A stretch of DNA of 64,000 nucleotides, from contig AP038806.1 of assembly GCA_047150005.1 (NCBI GenBank), forward strand, positions 1,600,001-1,664,000, given 5' to 3'. This DNA comes from Nitrospira sp. (lineage in GTDB: Bacteria; Nitrospirota; Nitrospiria; Nitrospirales; Nitrospiraceae). Both the position numbers and the translations under genes were made by a program. Shown here piece by piece: positions 38,385 through 53,134 of the stretch (positions within the stretch are counted from its first letter, which is position 1; every line of letters begins with the position of its first letter). The notes beneath the pieces were generated by a model. The model did not search any database and was not told the origin of the DNA. It saw only the letters and a program-made list of their open reading frames with translations.

Positions 38385-40211
38385 TCACCGCTTGTCCATG
38401 ATGGCGTTCAATTCCGCTCCGGTGATGACCTCCCGCTCCAGCAGAAGCTTGGCCCCTTCTTCCAGGGCCGCCTTTCTCTCGGCGAGAAGCCGTTTCGCGC
38501 GCTCATACTGTCCATCGATGATCCGCCGAACTTCACAATCAATTTCCCGGGCAGTCTCTTCCGAATAGTCACCCTTTTCGGCAGGACCCTGGATCTGCAT
38601 GAATTGGGGCTGCCGCTCCTGTTCCAGGGTTACTGTGCCGATCTTTTCGCTCATGCCGTAGGCCTTCACCATGCTTTTTGCGATGTCGGTTGCCTTCAAC
38701 AGATCGTTCTGTGCGCCGGTGGAGGCCTCGCCGAACATCAACTCCTCGGCGGTCCGGCCCCCGAGGAGAACGGCGATCTTGTTCTCCAATTCGGACTTGG
38801 CCATGAGGAAGCGGTCTTCCGTGGGAAGTTGGAGCGTGTAGCCGAGTGCGGAGATTCCGCGTGGAATAATCGAGATCTTCTGCACCTGATCGGATCCCGG
38901 AATGGACAGCGCGACCAACGCATGTCCCGTTTCATGGTAGGCGACCCGTTCCTTCTCCATCTTGTTGAGCACGCGGTTTTTCTTCTCCAGGCCGGCGATC
39001 ACGCGCTCGACCGCTTCCTGCAACTCTTCGCTCCCGACGCGGTCTTTCCCCCGCCGGACGGCCAGGAGGGCGGATTCGTTGATCACGTTGGCGAGGTCTG
39101 CGCCGGAAAACCCTGGTGTCATGCCGGCGATGACTCCGAGGTCGGCGTCCGGCCCCAGCGCAACCGACCGCGCATGGACCTTGAGAATGGCGAGCCGGCC
39201 GTTCTTGTCCGGGCGGTCTACGAGGACGTGCCGGTCGAATCGTCCGGCTCGGAGCAGCGCGGGATCGAGGATTTCCGGACGATTGGTGGCGGCCATGAGG
39301 ATGACGCCGATGCGCGGGTCGAATCCGTCCATCTCAACGAGCAGTTGGTTGAGCGTCTGCTCTCGCTCCTCGTGGGCCATCGGCCCCATCCCCCTCGCCT
39401 TGCCGAGGGCGTCCAGCTCGTCGATGAAGATGATGCAGGGCGCCTTGCTCTTGGCCTGCTCGAAGAGGTCGCGTACCCGGGCCGCTCCGACCCCCACGAA
39501 CATCTCGACGAATTCGGAGCCGCTGATGCTGAAAAACGGCACGCCGGATTCGCCCGCGACAGCCCGAGCCAGCAAGGTTTTGCCGGTGCCAGGGGGACCG
39601 ACCAACAGAATCCCCTTCGGAATCTTGCCGCCCAGTTTCGTGAACTTCTCCGGGGTCTTGAGGAATTCCACTACTTCTTGCAGTTCCTCCTTGGCTTCGT
39701 CCACGCCGGCCACGTCGGCGAAGGTGACCTTGATGTCCTTCTCCATGTAGATCTTGGCCTTCGACTGGCCGACCCGCATGAAGCCGCCCTGTGCTTGTCC
39801 GAGGCGCTGGATGAAGAAGAACCAGATGCCGACGAAGACGAGCGCGGGCAGGACCCACGAGAGGAGATCGCGCAGGAACGTAGATTCAATGACGCCGGTG
39901 ACCGTGACCCCGTGTTGACTGAGGTCGCGCACCAAGTCGGGATCTTCGATCCGAATTGTCGTGAAGCGCGTCGATTCCTGAGTCGTGTCTTTCGATGCTC
40001 CCTTGGCCTCCTCTCCTGACCGTGATGTCCCGGTGATGGTTTGGGCGCTGACCGCGACCTCGGTGACCTTGTTTTCGGCAACCAGCGTCTTAAAGCGGCT
40101 GTACGGAATCTCTTCGATCTTGTTCACCGTGGAAATAAAATCGTGCAGAAGAATGACGGCCCAGATCGCGAGGAAGACGTACCAAATGGAAAATGAGACT
40201 TTCTTGTTCAT
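38385..40211 (-). CDS. ftsH: ATP-dependent zinc metalloprotease FtsH
   Basis: Two TMs, [27 protein letters not shown]. Confidence 0.96.
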   Translation of the reverse strand: MNKKVSFSIWYVFLAIWAVILLHDFISTVNKIEEIPYSRFKTLVAENKVTEVAVSAQTITGTSRSGEEAKGASKDTTQESTRFTTIRIEDPDLVRDLSQHGVTVTGVIESTFLRDLLSWVLPALVFVGIWFFFIQRLGQAQGGFMRVGQSKAKIYMEKDIKVTFADVAGVDEAKEELQEVVEFLKTPEKFTKLGGKIPKGILLVGPPGTGKTLLARAVAGESGVPFFSISGSEFVEMFVGVGAARVRDLFEQAKSKAPCIIFIDELDALGKARGMGPMAHEEREQTLNQLLVEMDGFDPRIGVILMAATNRPEILDPALLRAGRFDRHVLVDRPDKNGRLAILKVHARSVALGPDADLGVIAGMTPGFSGADLANVINESALLAVRRGKDRVGSEELQEAVERVIAGLEKKNRVLNKMEKERVAYHETGHALVALSIPGSDQVQKISIIPRGISALGYTLQLPTEDRFLMAKSELENKIAVLLGGRTAEELMFGEASTGAQNDLLKATDIAKSMVKAYGMSEKIGTVTLEQERQPQFMQIQGPAEKGDYSEETAREIDCEVRRIIDGQYERAKRLLAERKAALEEGAKLLLEREVITGAELNAIMDKR

Positions 40212-40403
40212 ACGTGCCGATCCGCCGGAACCGCCTCCGGCATGAGCGATGTCAGCTTATACTCGTGCGATCTCGACCTTCACGGCGGGCTCCCGCTCGA
40301 GTATACGGCGGACAATGGGAGCGATTGCAATCGCGATCCTCCATGCGAGCCGGGCGAGCCGGCCGGGGGATTCTTCAGCGGCCTGCGGGGTCCCCTCAAA
40401 GGA

Positions 40404-41555
40404 CTATTCGAATTGTCGCCGGAACCGCCACATCCCGAAGGCGAACAGTCCCCCGCCCAACAGCGCCATGGTTCCCACGGACTTCCACAGGAGGTCGAGC
40501 CCGGCGCCTTTCAAGAGGACGCCGTAGGTGATGTCGATGTAATACCGAAGCGGCGAGATCGCCATGACCGTCTGCACCCACGTGGGCATGGATTCGTACG
40601 GGGTCGTGATGCCGGACAGCAACATCATCGGACCCACGAGGAACAGCGTGATCATGCCGACCTGCGCCTGGTTCCTCGTGACCGTGGCCGCGGCCAGACC
40701 GAATCCCGACGTGGTAAAGATGTGCAGGCCTGTGAGGAGAAAGAACAGCCACGCCGACCCCTTCATCGGGACATGAAACACCGGCCGCAGGACACCATAC
40801 ACCGCGATGGAGGCGCAGAGCAGGATGACGGCGGTCATCGCCAGGACTTTTGACAGCATGATCTGAACGGGCGAGAGCGGTGAGACGAGCAGCTGCTCGA
40901 GGGTGCCCCGTTCCTTCTCGCGTACCAGGGCTACCGCCGGCAAGAGCACGGCGAAAATCGTGATCATGCGCAACAACTGGGAGATGGACTGGAACCAGGT
41001 CTCGTCCTGGTTCGGGTTGAACCACACGCGATGGGCGCTCACGACCATGGGTATGGCGGACTGCGTCGAGCCAAGACCGATGGAGGCGAGCCCGACTTCG
41101 GAGCCGAATCGGCTGACGATTTGTGCCGCATAGCCGGCGGCCGACAGACCTTGCGGCGCATTGGTGGTGTCCACCAACATCTGCACGGCCGTGGCTTCAC
41201 GCCCGGCCAGGGCCTCATGAAAGCGGGGCGGAATGTCCAACAGGACCATGGCTTTCCCTTCATCCAGGCGCCGGCGTCCGTCCCGCGGATCGGCGATTTC
41301 ACCGTTGAAGCGGAAGTAGGGCTGCTGAAAGCGGTGAATCAGCTCGCGCGAGGATAGACTGTGATCTGCGTCGTGCACCAGCAGATCGGCGTTCCGCAAC
41401 TGCATCGTGAGGCCGACACCGCTGACATAGACGGAAAGCGAGAACGAATACAGCAGAAACAGAAGCAGCGGGAGATCCCGTCCCAGTTGCAGCACTTCCT
41501 TCTGGGTCATGGCCGCAAGACGACGCCACCATCTGGCAGCGCGATGGCCGCTCAT
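40404..41555 (-). CDS. ABC-2 type permease (YbhR/YhhJ-like)
   Basis: REKERGTLEQLLVSP, SPLRYY; RBS before ATG 41555 (alternative start 41573). Confidence 0.88.
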   Translation of the reverse strand: MSGHRAARWWRRLAAMTQKEVLQLGRDLPLLLFLLYSFSLSVYVSGVGLTMQLRNADLLVHDADHSLSSRELIHRFQQPYFRFNGEIADPRDGRRRLDEGKAMVLLDIPPRFHEALAGREATAVQMLVDTTNAPQGLSAAGYAAQIVSRFGSEVGLASIGLGSTQSAIPMVVSAHRVWFNPNQDETWFQSISQLLRMITIFAVLLPAVALVREKERGTLEQLLVSPLSPVQIMLSKVLAMTAVILLCASIAVYGVLRPVFHVPMKGSAWLFFLLTGLHIFTTSGFGLAAATVTRNQAQVGMITLFLVGPMMLLSGITTPYESMPTWVQTVMAISPLRYYIDITYGVLLKGAGLDLLWKSVGTMALLGGGLFAFGMWRFRRQFE

Positions 41556-41569
41556 CGGAATGCCTCCTG

Positions 41570-42724
41570 TCATGCCTTCGGCCTTTTGGTAAACAACCGG
41601 TACGAGAGGAAACCGATTGCGACCGCAAAGATCGCCAATGCCCCCACATCGGGCCACAGGACGCGCAAGCCGACTCCTTTGAGAAAGCTTCCCCGCACGA
41701 TGTCCGTGAAATACATGCCGGGGAACAAATGCGCTTGGAACTGCGCCCCACGACTTAGCGAGGCGACCGGCACGAGCAAACCGGAAAACAAGATGGTCGG
41801 CAACATCGCCACGACCATCGTGATAATCAGCGCCGCCATTTGCGTTTGGACCAGCAGCGAGATCAGCAGACCGATTCCCGTGGTGCAGAGAATGAAGAGG
41901 ACCGAGGCGGAGTAGAAAAACAGCAGACTGCCTTTGAACGGCACCTGAAACAACAGGACGGCCATCAGCCATAGCGTCCCGACGTTGAAGAGGGAAATCG
42001 CGATATAGGGCAGGAGCTTCCCCGCCAGGAACTCGGTGCGGCTCACGGTGGAACTGTAGATATTGTAGATCGAACCGGTTTCTTTTTCCCGCACGACCCC
42101 GAGCGCCGTCAGGAGCGGAGAGGCAAGCATCAACGTGAACATGACGAGCGCCGGCACCATCGACCAACTGCTCCGGACTTCTTCATTGTAGAGATACCGG
42201 ATCTCCACGGCGATGGGGCGCACCACCCGCCTGGCTTCCGCTCGTGTCACCCCGCGGAGTCCGCTGATGTACTCGCTGACGAGGTCCTCGCCAAACGCCT
42301 GATTGATGGCGATGATATAGCCTTTCGCGATATCAGTATGAAGCGGAAAGGTGCCGTCGAGAAACGTCTGGACGGAGACCGCTTCTCCTCCCGCGAGCTG
42401 CTCCTGAAACCGTTCGGGCACGATGATCGCCGCTCGGATTTTCGTCTCGGTCAACAACTGGTCGAGGTCCCGCATGTCGGCGACATGGCCACGATAGGAA
42501 AAATAGCGCGACTGCATGAACCGATAGATGTAGTCGCGGCTCATCTTGCTGTGGTCGTGGTCGATCACGGCAAATGGAATGTTTTCGACATCCATGACGA
42601 GCCCGTAGCCGAATACCACCAGCCAGAGGACGGGCATGAGGAAGGCTAGGCCGAGAAACAACCGGTCCCTGGTCGTTTCCCTCCACTCCTTGACCGCGAC
42701 CGCTCTGATGCGACGCAGATTCAT
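41570..42724 (-). CDS. ABC-2 type permease (YbhS-like)
   Basis: KEWRE...RD, VREKETGS, LFSGLL. Confidence 0.88.
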   Translation of the reverse strand: MNLRRIRAVAVKEWRETTRDRLFLGLAFLMPVLWLVVFGYGLVMDVENIPFAVIDHDHSKMSRDYIYRFMQSRYFSYRGHVADMRDLDQLLTETKIRAAIIVPERFQEQLAGGEAVSVQTFLDGTFPLHTDIAKGYIIAINQAFGEDLVSEYISGLRGVTRAEARRVVRPIAVEIRYLYNEEVRSSWSMVPALVMFTLMLASPLLTALGVVREKETGSIYNIYSSTVSRTEFLAGKLLPYIAISLFNVGTLWLMAVLLFQVPFKGSLLFFYSASVLFILCTTGIGLLISLLVQTQMAALIITMVVAMLPTILFSGLLVPVASLSRGAQFQAHLFPGMYFTDIVRGSFLKGVGLRVLWPDVGALAIFAVAIGFLSYRLFTKRPKA

Positions 42725-42753
42725 GAGACGAATGGCTTATCTCGAGTCCCCTG

Positions 42754-44733
42754 TCAGCTCGACCGGGCCTCCGGTCCTGTTTGTTCTAAGGTCCGTACGC
42801 GCGACACGAACACGTCTTCTAGGCTTGGCTGTCTTGTCCGCACACCCTCCACGGTAATGCCGCAGTCGGCGAGCACGGCTCGAATTCTGGCTTCATCCCT
42901 GATTGGATCGCGAGACAAGAGATGGATTCTTGTTCCGGCCAGGGCCATATTCGCCAGGCCGCTCGTCGCCAGTTGCGCCATCGCGCGTCCCGGATGGTCC
43001 GTCGCGATCTCCAGCAGCGGACCTGCTTCTTGCACGAGCTGTCGCTTCAAGTCCGCGGGAGAGCCTTCCGCCACTAGACGCCCCGCATGCATGAGCCCCA
43101 GCCGGTCGCAATGCTCCGCTTCACTCATATAATGGGTGGTAACGAGGATCGCCACACCCTCCGTGCGGACGAGTTGCGACAGAATGTCCCAGAACCGGCG
43201 CCGACCGATCGGATCGACTCCGGAAGTCGGCTCGTCCAGAAACAACACTCGCGGCCGATGGACGAGGGCGCATCCCAGCGCCAGCCGCTGGCGCACCCCC
43301 ATCGGCAACCTTCCCGTTCGATCCGCCTCATAGCCCGTCAGCCCCGCCATGTCGATGATCCAGGCCATCCGTTGTTTCGTGTCATGTCGGTCCAACCCAT
43401 AGATACCGGCAAACAGCCGGATATTCTCGACGACCGTCAGATCGAGGTAGAGCGAGAAGGCCTGGGACATGTATCCGATGCGTTCTTTGATCGCGCCGCC
43501 CGCCTGGCGCATGTCGGCGCCGGCCACCCACCCTTCACCCGCCGTGGGAGACAGGATGCCGGTCAACATCTTGATGACGGTGGTCTTTCCGGCACCGTTC
43601 GCGCCGAGCAGGCCAAAAATGTCTCCGGGCTTCACGGAGAAACTCACCTGATCGACCGCCCGAAAGTTGCCGAAATCCCGGATGAGTTGCCGGGCTTCGA
43701 CGGCCAGGCCATCGAACGGAACCGGTACGACGCCGGGCCGTGATCCGCTCGTGTCGGTTGGGAAGCCGGGCCGGTCCTGCCGTTCCCGCAGCAGCAACGA
43801 CACCACGACGTCCTCCAGCTCGGGATCATCGGTATGAACATGTTCGATCGGCAATCCTCCCAGCGTCTTTCGGATCTCGGCGAGTGCCACGGCCGCGTCC
43901 GTCTCCGGCGCAAAGACATGGATGGAAGGCCCGAGCGTTTCCACTTGAGGATAGCGTGTCTTGAGCCGCTCGACCGCGTCTGATTGAGAACTGGATTCGA
44001 ACGTCACGATCAGGCCTTGGGTCAGCGATCGAATCTCAGACGGACTGCCTGCCGCCAAGATCCGGCCCTTGGACATGAACGACAGACGGTGAAACCGGAC
44101 GGCTTCATCCATATAGGCAGTGGACACCAGTGCCGTCATGTCCTTGGCTTCCAGCCATTCCGCGAGAATGGCCCAGAAATCCCGCCGGGAGACGGGGTCG
44201 ACGCCCGTGGTCGGTTCGTCCAAAATGGCCAGTTCCGGTTGGTGAATCAACGTGCAGATCAAGGCGAGCTTCTGCTTCATCCCGCCCGAGAGGTGTTTCG
44301 TCACCCGATCGCGAAATCGATCCAGTCGCGTCATGGCCAGCAATCGGGCCTTGTCTTCCCGCAGTCGTTCTTCCGGGACCAGCCGAAGCCGCGCGAAGAA
44401 GTCGATGTTCTCTTCGACCGTCAGTTCCGGATAGAGGTTCAATCCCAAACCCTGCGGGAGAAAACCGAGACGCGGCTTCACTGCTTCGGCGGACGGCTCG
44501 GAATCGACCGGCGTACCGAAGACCTCCACCTCGCCGCCCTCATAGGACAGCACGCCCGCGATCGCCTTCATCAGACTGCTCTTTCCCGCGCCGTCCGGTC
44601 CGATCAGGCCGTAAATCTCGCCTTTCTTGATCGTGAGATCCACCCCGCTCACGGCCTCATGCCGCTTGTAGCGCTTGACGAATCCGGAGACGCGAACGAT
44701 CGGCGCATCCTGACTCATGACGGGCTCTTCCAC
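42754..44733 (-). CDS. ABC transporter ATP-binding protein with two ATPase domains (YbhF-like)
   Basis: GPDGAGKS/LSGGM/LDEPTTG and GANGAGKT/LDEPTSG. Confidence 0.92.
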   Translation of the reverse strand: MEEPVMSQDAPIVRVSGFVKRYKRHEAVSGVDLTIKKGEIYGLIGPDGAGKSSLMKAIAGVLSYEGGEVEVFGTPVDSEPSAEAVKPRLGFLPQGLGLNLYPELTVEENIDFFARLRLVPEERLREDKARLLAMTRLDRFRDRVTKHLSGGMKQKLALICTLIHQPELAILDEPTTGVDPVSRRDFWAILAEWLEAKDMTALVSTAYMDEAVRFHRLSFMSKGRILAAGSPSEIRSLTQGLIVTFESSSQSDAVERLKTRYPQVETLGPSIHVFAPETDAAVALAEIRKTLGGLPIEHVHTDDPELEDVVVSLLLRERQDRPGFPTDTSGSRPGVVPVPFDGLAVEARQLIRDFGNFRAVDQVSFSVKPGDIFGLLGANGAGKTTVIKMLTGILSPTAGEGWVAGADMRQAGGAIKERIGYMSQAFSLYLDLTVVENIRLFAGIYGLDRHDTKQRMAWIIDMAGLTGYEADRTGRLPMGVRQRLALGCALVHRPRVLFLDEPTSGVDPIGRRRFWDILSQLVRTEGVAILVTTHYMSEAEHCDRLGLMHAGRLVAEGSPADLKRQLVQEAGPLLEIATDHPGRAMAQLATSGLANMALAGTRIHLLSRDPIRDEARIRAVLADCGITVEGVRTRQPSLEDVFVSRVRTLEQTGPEARSS

Positions 44734-44779
44734 CGGATACCTCTGAGCGTCGAAGCCTCCAGAGGTCGGTGCGATCCGC

Positions 44780-45883
44780 CTACCGAGGTCGTGCCCATGC
44801 GATGTCGTCCTTCCAGCGAATGACGGCGTCGGCCGGCAAGCCGGGCGTCAGGCGGTGTTCCGGATTATCTTTCAGGTAGAGCCGGACGGCATAGATGAGC
44901 TTGACCCGCTCGTCCGGCGTTTGGACTTCCTTGGGAGTGAATTCGGCTTTGGAGGCGATATACCGGACGGTCGCTTCAAAGGGCTGGTCGGGAAAGGCGT
45001 CCGTATAGATTCGAGCGGGCAAATCAAGACTGACTTTGCCGATCTGCACTTCCGGAACATAGACTTGGAGATATAACCGGTCCAGATCGACCAGTTCGAG
45101 CAAGGGCGCGCCGCCTACCACCACTTCGCCGACATCGACCATGCGCGTGGTGACCGTTCCGTCGGTCGGCGCCACGATTGTGAGATCCTGCAGAACGCTC
45201 TGTGCCTCGGCGAGCGCCGCGTCCGCTTGATCCCGCTGCCGTTCGAGCGCCGCCACCTCGGCTTCTTTGGCTCGGATCCTCGGCCAGCCCAGTTCGGCCT
45301 GTCCCAGTTCTTTGGTCGCCTGATCCAGCGACGCCTTCGCGACAGAGATGTCGGTCACCGCAACTTTCCATCGGGCTTCGGCCTGATCCAGCTGCTGTTG
45401 CGAGACCGCCTGTTCGCGGATGAGCGCGCGCATCCGGGCCACGTCGCGCCGCGCTTCATATTCCACCGCCTGGGCCTTCTTGACGGCCGCGTTTGCACTG
45501 GCCACTTTCGCCGATGCGGCCTCGATGCTCAGCGGCACGTCCAGGTTCAACACGGCAAGCTGGGTGTGGGCGGCTTCCACTTGCGCCGACACCGTATCGA
45601 CCAGCCGGGCCGCCTGGTCGACTTTGGTCCTCGTCTGCGTATCATCCAGCCGGATGAGGACGTTCCCCTTTATCACCCTGGCTCCTTCGCGCGCGGCAAG
45701 CTCAACGATCCGACCTGGAAATTTGCTGGCCACCGTGACGTGGTCGCCCTCGATGCGGCCGTTCGCCTGGATCAATCCCTCGGGCAGGCCTCCGGGTCCG
45801 ATGAAGCGGGCCAGCACATAGCCCGAGACACCCACAAGAACTGCACCGAGCGCGAGGGTGAGATACGTTCGAGAGATCTTCAT
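44780..45883 (-). CDS. HlyD family secretion adaptor (YbhG/YhiI-like)
   Basis: ANGRIEG, ASKFPGRI, AEFTPKEVQT. Confidence 0.9.
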   Translation of the reverse strand: MKISRTYLTLALGAVLVGVSGYVLARFIGPGGLPEGLIQANGRIEGDHVTVASKFPGRIVELAAREGARVIKGNVLIRLDDTQTRTKVDQAARLVDTVSAQVEAAHTQLAVLNLDVPLSIEAASAKVASANAAVKKAQAVEYEARRDVARMRALIREQAVSQQQLDQAEARWKVAVTDISVAKASLDQATKELGQAELGWPRIRAKEAEVAALERQRDQADAALAEAQSVLQDLTIVAPTDGTVTTRMVDVGEVVVGGAPLLELVDLDRLYLQVYVPEVQIGKVSLDLPARIYTDAFPDQPFEATVRYIASKAEFTPKEVQTPDERVKLIYAVRLYLKDNPEHRLTPGLPADAVIRWKDDIAWARPR

Positions 45884-46088
45884 GAACAAGAGGACCCGAT
45901 GATCATGTGCCGCGATACGAAGCCGGCTGAGACTTTCCCCAATCGCATTCCTCGTTGAGCGGCACCCATGACTGATTGCCGCTGGAACTGTAACACAAGA
46001 CCGGTGCGCGAAGGGCGACGTTGTCTCCCATGCTCTTCGGTCGGTTGGGTCTGTTGGAATCGAGAGCCATTGGAGAAGCCTCCGTACC

Positions 46089-49385
<3,297 letters not shown>

Positions 49386-49491
49386 GCGTCATTCGGTGAG
49401 GTGAGCGCCCCGCAGGGTCTGTCGAATCATGGTCCGGATTCCACTCGGCCGGACAGCGCCCATTGACGCTCGACCAAGGACGAGGGGCGAC

Positions 49492-50535
49492 TTACGGCTT
49501 TGCCGGTGCTACGGCCTCGACGACCTCCACGGTCGCACCATCCACGCCGCGGCTGCCCTCCAGCATCACCCGCTCGCCCACGTTCAGGCCGGAGAGGATC
49601 TCGATGCGGTCCTCGAAGCGACGTCCTGCCTTGACCCAACGGAGCCGGGCCACTTGATCAGAGCCGACGACGAACACGCTGGTCAGTTCGCCGCGCTCCA
49701 CCAGGCCCGAAGCGGGGATGAGAATCGTCTGGACCGTTCCCGTACCCAGTTGAAATCGGCCGAACATCCCGGTCTTGAGGCCCGGTGTCGCAGGCAGATC
49801 CACTTTCACCATGAAGGTGTGGGTTTGCGGGTCGCCCGCCGAGAGAATCTGACTAATGACACCGCTCAATGCCTGCGGCCCCAGCGCATCGATGACGACC
49901 GGAATCTTGTCGCCGCGCGAAACGGATTTCAGATCCCGTTCCGCCACCGTCGCCTCCAAACGCAACTGCCGAGGGTCCTCCATTTTAAGCAATGGCTGCC
50001 CCGGCGACGCCAGTTCTCCCGCTTCCACCTTCTTCTCGGTGATCACACCGTCGAACGGAGCCTTGACGACGGTATAGCTCAGTTGGGCCAGCACCGCCTT
50101 GCGGTTGGCCTCGGCAACCTTGAAGGCACGGGACGCATTCTCCATTTCCTGCCGTGAGACGGCCTGATCTTTCAGCAGGGATTGCATGCGGTGCAGCTGC
50201 CCCCTGGCATTCTCCTCTTCCGCCGTGGCGCGCGCCAGATCGGCCTTCACGTCGCGACTGTCCAGCTGAATCAGGATCTGGCCCTTTGAAACCTGCGTCC
50301 CCTCCCGTACGAGCAACTGGTCGATCGTCCCCTGAATACGGCTCGCCAACGTCGCCTGGAACATCGGCTGAACCTGTCCGGTGACCTCCACTCCGACGGG
50401 AACCTGGACGGTCTTGATGTCCACCACCGCGGCCTGAATCATCCCTTGCGGGGCCGCCGATACGACGGAAGAGGCCGGCTCGTCCTTGGATCCGCATCCT
50501 GCCAGCAGCAACAGCGCGATCACCAACCGTCCCAC
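49492..50535 (-). CDS. RND periplasmic adaptor, lipoprotein
   Basis: LLAGC lipobox; VKAPFDGVI, GDPQTHTF, GMFGR. Confidence 0.9.
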   Translation of the reverse strand: MGRLVIALLLLAGCGSKDEPASSVVSAAPQGMIQAAVVDIKTVQVPVGVEVTGQVQPMFQATLASRIQGTIDQLLVREGTQVSKGQILIQLDSRDVKADLARATAEEENARGQLHRMQSLLKDQAVSRQEMENASRAFKVAEANRKAVLAQLSYTVVKAPFDGVITEKKVEAGELASPGQPLLKMEDPRQLRLEATVAERDLKSVSRGDKIPVVIDALGPQALSGVISQILSAGDPQTHTFMVKVDLPATPGLKTGMFGRFQLGTGTVQTILIPASGLVERGELTSVFVVGSDQVARLRWVKAGRRFEDRIEILSGLNVGERVMLEGSRGVDGATVEVVEAVAPAKP

Positions 50536-50571
50536 GCTCCGTCTCCTCCTCGCTCCTCGTCGGCGAGCGTC

Positions 50572-50760
50572 TTATTCCTGCACACCGAGCTTGCGCAACA
50601 AGGCCATCATCGGGCACCAGCCGCTGAAGGCCGATTGGATGAGGTTCAGGGCCACGAATACGGCAAAGTAATTCCAATAGGGATGCACCGTGGCGCCCAG
50701 GAATATCGCGAGCAGGACAAAGACGCCTGCAATCAACCGCAACAATTCATTCAGTTTCAT
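50572..50760 (-). CDS. DUF2892 (YgaP-like) membrane protein
   Basis: 62 aa; NLIQSAFSGWCPM. Confidence 0.85.
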   Translation of the reverse strand: MKLNELLRLIAGVFVLLAIFLGATVHPYWNYFAVFVALNLIQSAFSGWCPMMALLRKLGVQE

Positions 50761-50880
50761 CGGGATTCTCCTTTCCTTCTACCCATATGAGACCAGGAAC
50801 GGCTCGAAAGATTCATGGTAAAAAGCGGGAGAAATGGATGGCAGCGAACCGAATTCTTTCGGGGAAGGCCGGCTTGTGAT

Positions 50881-51675
50881 TCATTGGGACATCCCAAGAA
50901 CCTTGGCGGTGTTGATCGCAAGCAGCGTGACCGCGATGACGACCGTGATGGAGGCGGTCACTCGGCCCATCGTCGGGGGTGAAACCATTTGGCCGAGCCG
51001 CGCGCCCAGGAGCATGCCGATTGCGCTTCCGAGCAGCACGAGCAGGAGCAGGGGTCCGTTGAGGACGCCGGCTTCCAGATGCCGGGCCAGGCCGCCCAAG
51101 GAGATGATCGCGATGATACAGAGCGACGTGCCTACAGCCTCGCGCGCGGCGAAGCCGGCGAAGAGGGCCAACGCCGGCACGATCATGAAACCTCCGCCCA
51201 CGCCGAAGAACCCGTTCAACAGACCGACCGCCAGGCCGAGAGCCGCCAGCTTGAGCCAGCAACTCCTCGAAAATCGGACGGCGCAGCTCATTTCAGACTC
51301 TGTCTGGGCGGTGCGACTGTGCCGGTGCATCAGGTATCGGGCCAACAGCAGCATGATCCCAAACCCGATGAGCAGCATTTCGCCCCGCACGAGTTCGTGT
51401 CCGTAGGCCCCCAGCCAGGAGCCGATGCTGCCGGTCCCGGAAAAGGCCACGGCGGCCTTGGGCCGCACAAGACCGAGCCGGCTGTATTCCCACATCCCGA
51501 GCCATGCGGAGGCGCCCACGATCACGAGCGACATGGCGGCTGCCTCTTTGACCGGGACGCCTGCCAGATACACCAGCGCTGGTACCGCCAGGACCGCGCC
51601 GCCGGTGCCGGTGGCTCCGAGCTGAAGGCCGATGGGCAGGCCCACCGCGACCGGCAAGGCCACCTGGCCAATCAC
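50881..51675 (-). CDS. TauE/SafE (TSUP) sulfite exporter family protein
   Basis: GTGGAVLAVP and GFFGVGGGFMIVP repeats; AVGTSL. Confidence 0.88.
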   Translation of the reverse strand: MIGQVALPVAVGLPIGLQLGATGTGGAVLAVPALVYLAGVPVKEAAAMSLVIVGASAWLGMWEYSRLGLVRPKAAVAFSGTGSIGSWLGAYGHELVRGEMLLIGFGIMLLLARYLMHRHSRTAQTESEMSCAVRFSRSCWLKLAALGLAVGLLNGFFGVGGGFMIVPALALFAGFAAREAVGTSLCIIAIISLGGLARHLEAGVLNGPLLLLVLLGSAIGMLLGARLGQMVSPPTMGRVTASITVVIAVTLLAINTAKVLGMSQ

Positions 51676-51711
51676 GTCAATGTCCCTTGCGTCACGGCTC
51701 GCCTCGTGTGT

Positions 51712-52959
51712 CTACGCTTGATGCTCCACCTTCCCGATGCCGAGCGCCTTGAGGATCGCCTTCTCGAAGAACGGTTCGCTCACACCTTTCTTCATCTTCA
51801 TCAAGAAATACCTCTCCAAGGCGATCTTGGCCAGATGCACCCATTTGCCTTTCTTCGCCCAGGTCACGTTGCGGGGCGCCATTTGCGGTAACGCGACGAA
51901 GGCCATGCCGGTGTCTCCCATGTCGGCCAGACAGATGGCATTCCAGGTGGCCGTATCCTTCTTGTCGTTGTTTTCGATATCGGCGTGGATGTTATGCACT
52001 GCAGCCGACACCATGGATTCGATCATGTACCCGGTTTTCGGGGCGCCGGTCGGAACGGGCGTCTGTTCGACCGGTGGGATTGCGACGCAGACGCCCACGG
52101 CGTAGATATTCCTGTGCTTGGGGTTTGCCTGGTAGGCATCAATGTTGACGAAGCCTTTCGGGTTGCAAAGACCGGAGGTGCCGGCAACCGCGTCCACACC
52201 GGCAAACGGCGGGATGAACATCGAATAGCGAAACGGCACTTCCTGGCCGTCCTCCAAGAGGAGCTTGCCGGGCTGCACTTCCTTGATCGCGGTGTTATAG
52301 ATAGGCTTGATGGAATGTTCGGCGAATTCATCCTCCATCAGGCGCCTGGACTTGCCGACACCCGCCAGCCCCATGTGGCCGATGTAGGGCTCCGGAGTCA
52401 CAAAGTAGATCGGGACCTTCTTGCGTAATTTCTTCTTGCGTAGATCCGCATCCAGGATGAAAGCCATCTCGTAGGCTGGTCCGAAACAGGATGCTCCTTG
52501 AGCGGCGCCGACCACGATGGGGCCCGGCTCCTTTAAGAAACTCTGATAGGCTCCATACGCCTGCTCAGCATGATCCACGGTGCAGACCGACTGAGTGTAG
52601 CCGCTCGGCCCGAGGCCCGGCACTGCGCCGAAGTTCAGCTTGGGTCCGGTCGCGATAATCAGATAGTCATACGGCACCTCTCCTTTTGAGGTGATGACCC
52701 GATTCTGCTCCGGTTCAATCCGATCCGCAGCGGCATGGACAAATTCGATCCTCTTCTTTTCCAGTACAGGCCCCAATGCGAAACTGATGTCTTTGCGTTT
52801 GCGCCATCCCACCGCCACCCAGGGATTCGAGGGGACGAAGTGAAACGAGTCCACGTTCGAAATCACCGTCACCTTGTGCTTGTTGTCCAGCATCGCCCGG
52901 GCTTCATAGGCCGCAGGCAGTCCCCCGATTGATGCCCCGATAATCGCAATGCGAGCCAT
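51712..52959 (-). CDS. sqr: Sulfide:quinone oxidoreductase
   Basis: FVPSNPW, SVC, GASCFGPAYE, PKTGYMIESM, AICLADMG (catalytic Cys retained). Confidence 0.9.
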   Translation of the reverse strand: MARIAIIGASIGGLPAAYEARAMLDNKHKVTVISNVDSFHFVPSNPWVAVGWRKRKDISFALGPVLEKKRIEFVHAAADRIEPEQNRVITSKGEVPYDYLIIATGPKLNFGAVPGLGPSGYTQSVCTVDHAEQAYGAYQSFLKEPGPIVVGAAQGASCFGPAYEMAFILDADLRKKKLRKKVPIYFVTPEPYIGHMGLAGVGKSRRLMEDEFAEHSIKPIYNTAIKEVQPGKLLLEDGQEVPFRYSMFIPPFAGVDAVAGTSGLCNPKGFVNIDAYQANPKHRNIYAVGVCVAIPPVEQTPVPTGAPKTGYMIESMVSAAVHNIHADIENNDKKDTATWNAICLADMGDTGMAFVALPQMAPRNVTWAKKGKWVHLAKIALERYFLMKMKKGVSEPFFEKAILKALGIGKVEHQA

Positions 52960-53134
52960 AACGCCTCCTTTCCTGCCGCTTCGTATCGCCAGGCCGCCGC
53001 CGGTCCTTCGCGTTCTCGGACGAAATTCCCATCATGCGTATTCTGAGCATTCACACAACAAAAGGATTCGTCCATGTACGGGGGCGAGGAGCGTGATGGC
53101 ATCCGTTTCTCGCGTTCGCGCTGTCAGCCGGTCG

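Noticed and set aside
41574..42167. N-terminal extension of the 587-aa permease ORF
   Set aside because: Overlaps the upstream permease; real start is 41555 or 41573
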